A stretch of DNA of 64,000 nucleotides from an uncultured Actinomycetota bacterium. GTDB lineage: Bacteria > Actinomycetota > Actinomycetes > Mycobacteriales > SCTD01. Under the pieces are notes generated by a model, which did no database searches, was not told the origin of the DNA, and saw nothing but the letters and a program-made list of their open reading frames with translations. The position numbers were made by a program, and so were the translations under genes. The stretch is taken from assembly GCA_963806415.1 (NCBI GenBank), contig CAWDYD010000005.1, positions 2,326,115-2,390,114 of the forward strand, read 5' to 3'. Numbering within the stretch: the stretch's first letter is position 1; each line of letters opens with the position of its first letter. Below are positions 62,312-64,000 of this stretch, one piece after another.

Positions 62312-62805
62312 CGCCCGGCGTCCTTCGCCAGCAGCTCGTCGAGCGCGTCGTACCCCTCGTCGACGCCGACCTCCATGCCGCTGGCGAGCATCGCGTCGCG
62401 CGCCTCCATCGACGACACGACCGACAGCACCTCCAGGCGGGTGCGGCCGTCGCCGAGGTCGACGAACTCCGCCGTGTCGAGGCTGACCGCCTCCGGCATC
62501 TCCTCGAACCCGAAGGTCTGCACGATCCGCTCGTTCTCCCACACCCGGTGGACCGAGCCGTAGAAGTGCGCGACCGCCTCGCCCTCGCGCAGCGCGGTGT
62601 AGCGGTACTCACCGCCGGTGCGCATGTCCCACGTGGTGATGTCCATGTCGATGGACCGCGGACCGAGCCACTGCTTCACCAGCTCGGGGTCGACGTGCGC
62701 CCGGTAGACCCGGTCGACCGGGGCGTCGAACTCCCGGACGATGCGGACGGTCGGCAGGCTCGGGTCGGCCTGGATGGACGTCTCGTGCTGGGTGGTGCTG
62801 GTCAT
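62308..62805 (-). CDS. SRPBCC family protein (Aha1/activator of Hsp90 ATPase homolog 1-like)
   Basis: TVRIVREFDAPVDRVYRAHVDPELVKQWLGPRSIDMDITTWDMRTGGEYRYTAL..RIVQTFGFEEMPEAVSLDTAEFVDLGDGRTRLEV. The ATG overlaps the ArsR stop (ATGA). Confidence 0.82.
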   Translation of the reverse strand: MTSTTQHETSIQADPSLPTVRIVREFDAPVDRVYRAHVDPELVKQWLGPRSIDMDITTWDMRTGGEYRYTALREGEAVAHFYGSVHRVWENERIVQTFGFEEMPEAVSLDTAEFVDLGDGRTRLEVLSVVSSMEARDAMLASGMEVGVDEGYDALDELLAKDAGR

Positions 62806-63179
62806 CCCACTGCTCCTCGTGTGTCGTCGTCGGTCGCTGATCCGGTGCTGTCGTCGCCGGCAGCGGCGAGCAGGGCGTCCAGGCGCGAGTACCGCTCCTC
62901 GGCCTGCCGCCGGTAGCGCTCGATCCACTTCGTCATCAGGTCGAACACCTCGGCGTCCAGGTGCGCCGGACGCCGCTGGGCGTCCCGGCTGCGCCGCACC
63001 AGGCCGGCGTCCTCGAGCACCTTGAGGTGCTTGGACACGGCCTGCAGCGAGACGTCGTACGGCGCCGCCAGCTCGCTGACGGTGGCGTCGCCGGCCGCCA
63101 GCCTCGCGACCAGGTCGCGCCGGGTCGGGTCGGCCAGGGCCGCGAAGGCCCTCGACAGGCGTTCCGACTGCTCAACCAT
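62802..63179 (-). CDS. ArsR/SmtB family winged-helix transcriptional regulator
   Basis: LSRAFAALADPTRRDLVARLAAGDATVSELAAPYDVSLQAVSKHLKVLEDAGLVRRSRDAQRRPAHL. Confidence 0.88.
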   Translation of the reverse strand: MVEQSERLSRAFAALADPTRRDLVARLAAGDATVSELAAPYDVSLQAVSKHLKVLEDAGLVRRSRDAQRRPAHLDAEVFDLMTKWIERYRRQAEERYSRLDALLAAAGDDSTGSATDDDTRGAVG

Positions 63180-63343
63180 GTGGTTGATTGCACGCCGCCT
63201 CGACGGCGTTGTCAACCTGTTGGTTGTGCGGGCTTCGACGCAGTCGGGTCCAGCGCCGCCGAACCCCCGCGGCAGCGTGGGTGTCCCGGCCGGGCGAGCA
63301 TCTTCTTGCGCGTTCCGACCCGGGGCCGTCGTACGGTGCGGTC

Positions 63344-63959
63344 GTGGCCGAGGAGCTGCCGGAGCTGGTCGTTCCGGACGCCGCCGCGCTGCGGGCGTGG
63401 CTGGCCGAGCACCACGCCAGCTCGCCCGGCGTGTGGCTCGCCCTGAGCCGGAAGGGCGGCACGACGACCACGCTGACCTGGCAGCAGGCCATCGACGAGG
63501 CGCTGTGCTTCGGCTGGATCGACAGCCAGGCCCGCAAGCGCGACGAGCAGACGTCCTGCGTCCGCTACACCCCGCGCCGCCCGCGGAGCCTGTGGTCGGC
63601 GCGCAACGTCGAGCACGTCGCCCGGCTCGAGGCCGAGGGCCGGATGACCGACGCGGGCCGGGCGGCGGTCGAGGCGGCGAAGGCAGACGGCCGGTGGGAG
63701 CGGGCGTACGCCGCGTCGTCCGTCGCCGAGGTCCCCCTGGACCTGGCCGCGGCCATCGCCGCGGTGCCCCAGGCGCAGGCGATGTTCGACGTGCTGACGA
63801 GGACGAACCGGTACGCGCTCATCCACCGGCGTGACGACGGTCAGGAAGGCTGAGACCCGGCAGCGCAAGATCGAGGCCTTCGTCGCGATGCTGGCCCGCC
63901 ACGAGGCGCCCTACCCGCAGCAGGCGAGGCCCGGGGACGCGTCTCCCGAGTTGTCATAG
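63344..63959 (+). pseudogene. YdeI/OmpD-associated family protein; one frameshift near 63830
   Basis: LPELVVPDAAALRAWLAEHHASSPGVWLALSRKGGTTTTLTWQQAIDEALCFGWIDSQARKRDEQTSCVRYTPRRPRSLWSARNVEHVARLEAEGRMTDAGR.. continues after one extra base as VTTVRKAETRQRKIEAFVAMLARHEAPYPQQ, ending at TAG 63957-63959. Confidence 0.75.
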
Positions 63960-64000
63960 CGACAGGTTCGCGGCGCCGAGGACCATGCCGCCGCGGGAGT

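Noticed and set aside
63954-64000. Possible 3' end of a minus-strand gene (..SRGGMVLGAANLSL stop) at the right edge
   Set aside because: Only 15 codons are visible, which is too short to support a call.

Overview
High-GC (roughly 70+ % by eye) actinobacterial chromosomal segment with no transposase, integrase, phage gene or CRISPR array. Two conserved core blocks are recognisable. The first is prfB-ftsE-ftsX-smpB-(two inserted genes)-ssrA/tmRNA at 0.9-6.3 kb. The second is clpS-DUF2017-mec-cysO-cysM-DUF1003-murI-MBL-rph-rdgB at 15.7-21.8 kb, the same order as Mycobacterium Rv1331-Rv1341. Between and after them lie accessory genes: acyl-CoA ligases, an amidase, an RCK potassium channel, tRNA-Leu(UAG), bcp, and a ZnuABC/MntABC-type metal importer. 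Further along are an FprA-type reductase, an LCP protein, a redox operon next to a Crp/Fnr regulator, and a GGDEF-EAL protein. Then come an ArsR-ArsI/CadI module, a CsoR-family (CstR-like) repressor with a CstB-like persulfide dioxygenase-rhodanese fusion, a fused SecDF paralog, PadR, F420-type oxidoreductases and an ArsR-SRPBCC-DinB operon. The most striking technical feature is that many genes, mostly core ones, are interrupted by single-base insertions. These breaks are clustered in blocks, while multi-kb neighbouring blocks are clean. Such genes are listed as pseudogene (as sequenced) although consensus error is the likelier cause. Main second-look items:
- a 72-bp hairpin-forming minisatellite in the GGDEF-EAL/dedA divergent region, with related sequence upstream of prfB;
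- two ~700-bp GC-rich non-coding tracts sharing GTGGACG-type inverted repeats;
- an in-frame TAG in mec next to a CysO that carries two residues beyond its GG terminus;
- a 5'-truncated methyltransferase abutting the tmRNA terminator;
- a NYN-domain gene inserted between smpB and ssrA;
- a candidate ATACC-N6-GGTAT operator in the CstR/CstB-like cluster;
- a mosaic junction of gene remnants around a lower-GC secreted-protein gene;
- several unlisted small ORFs.
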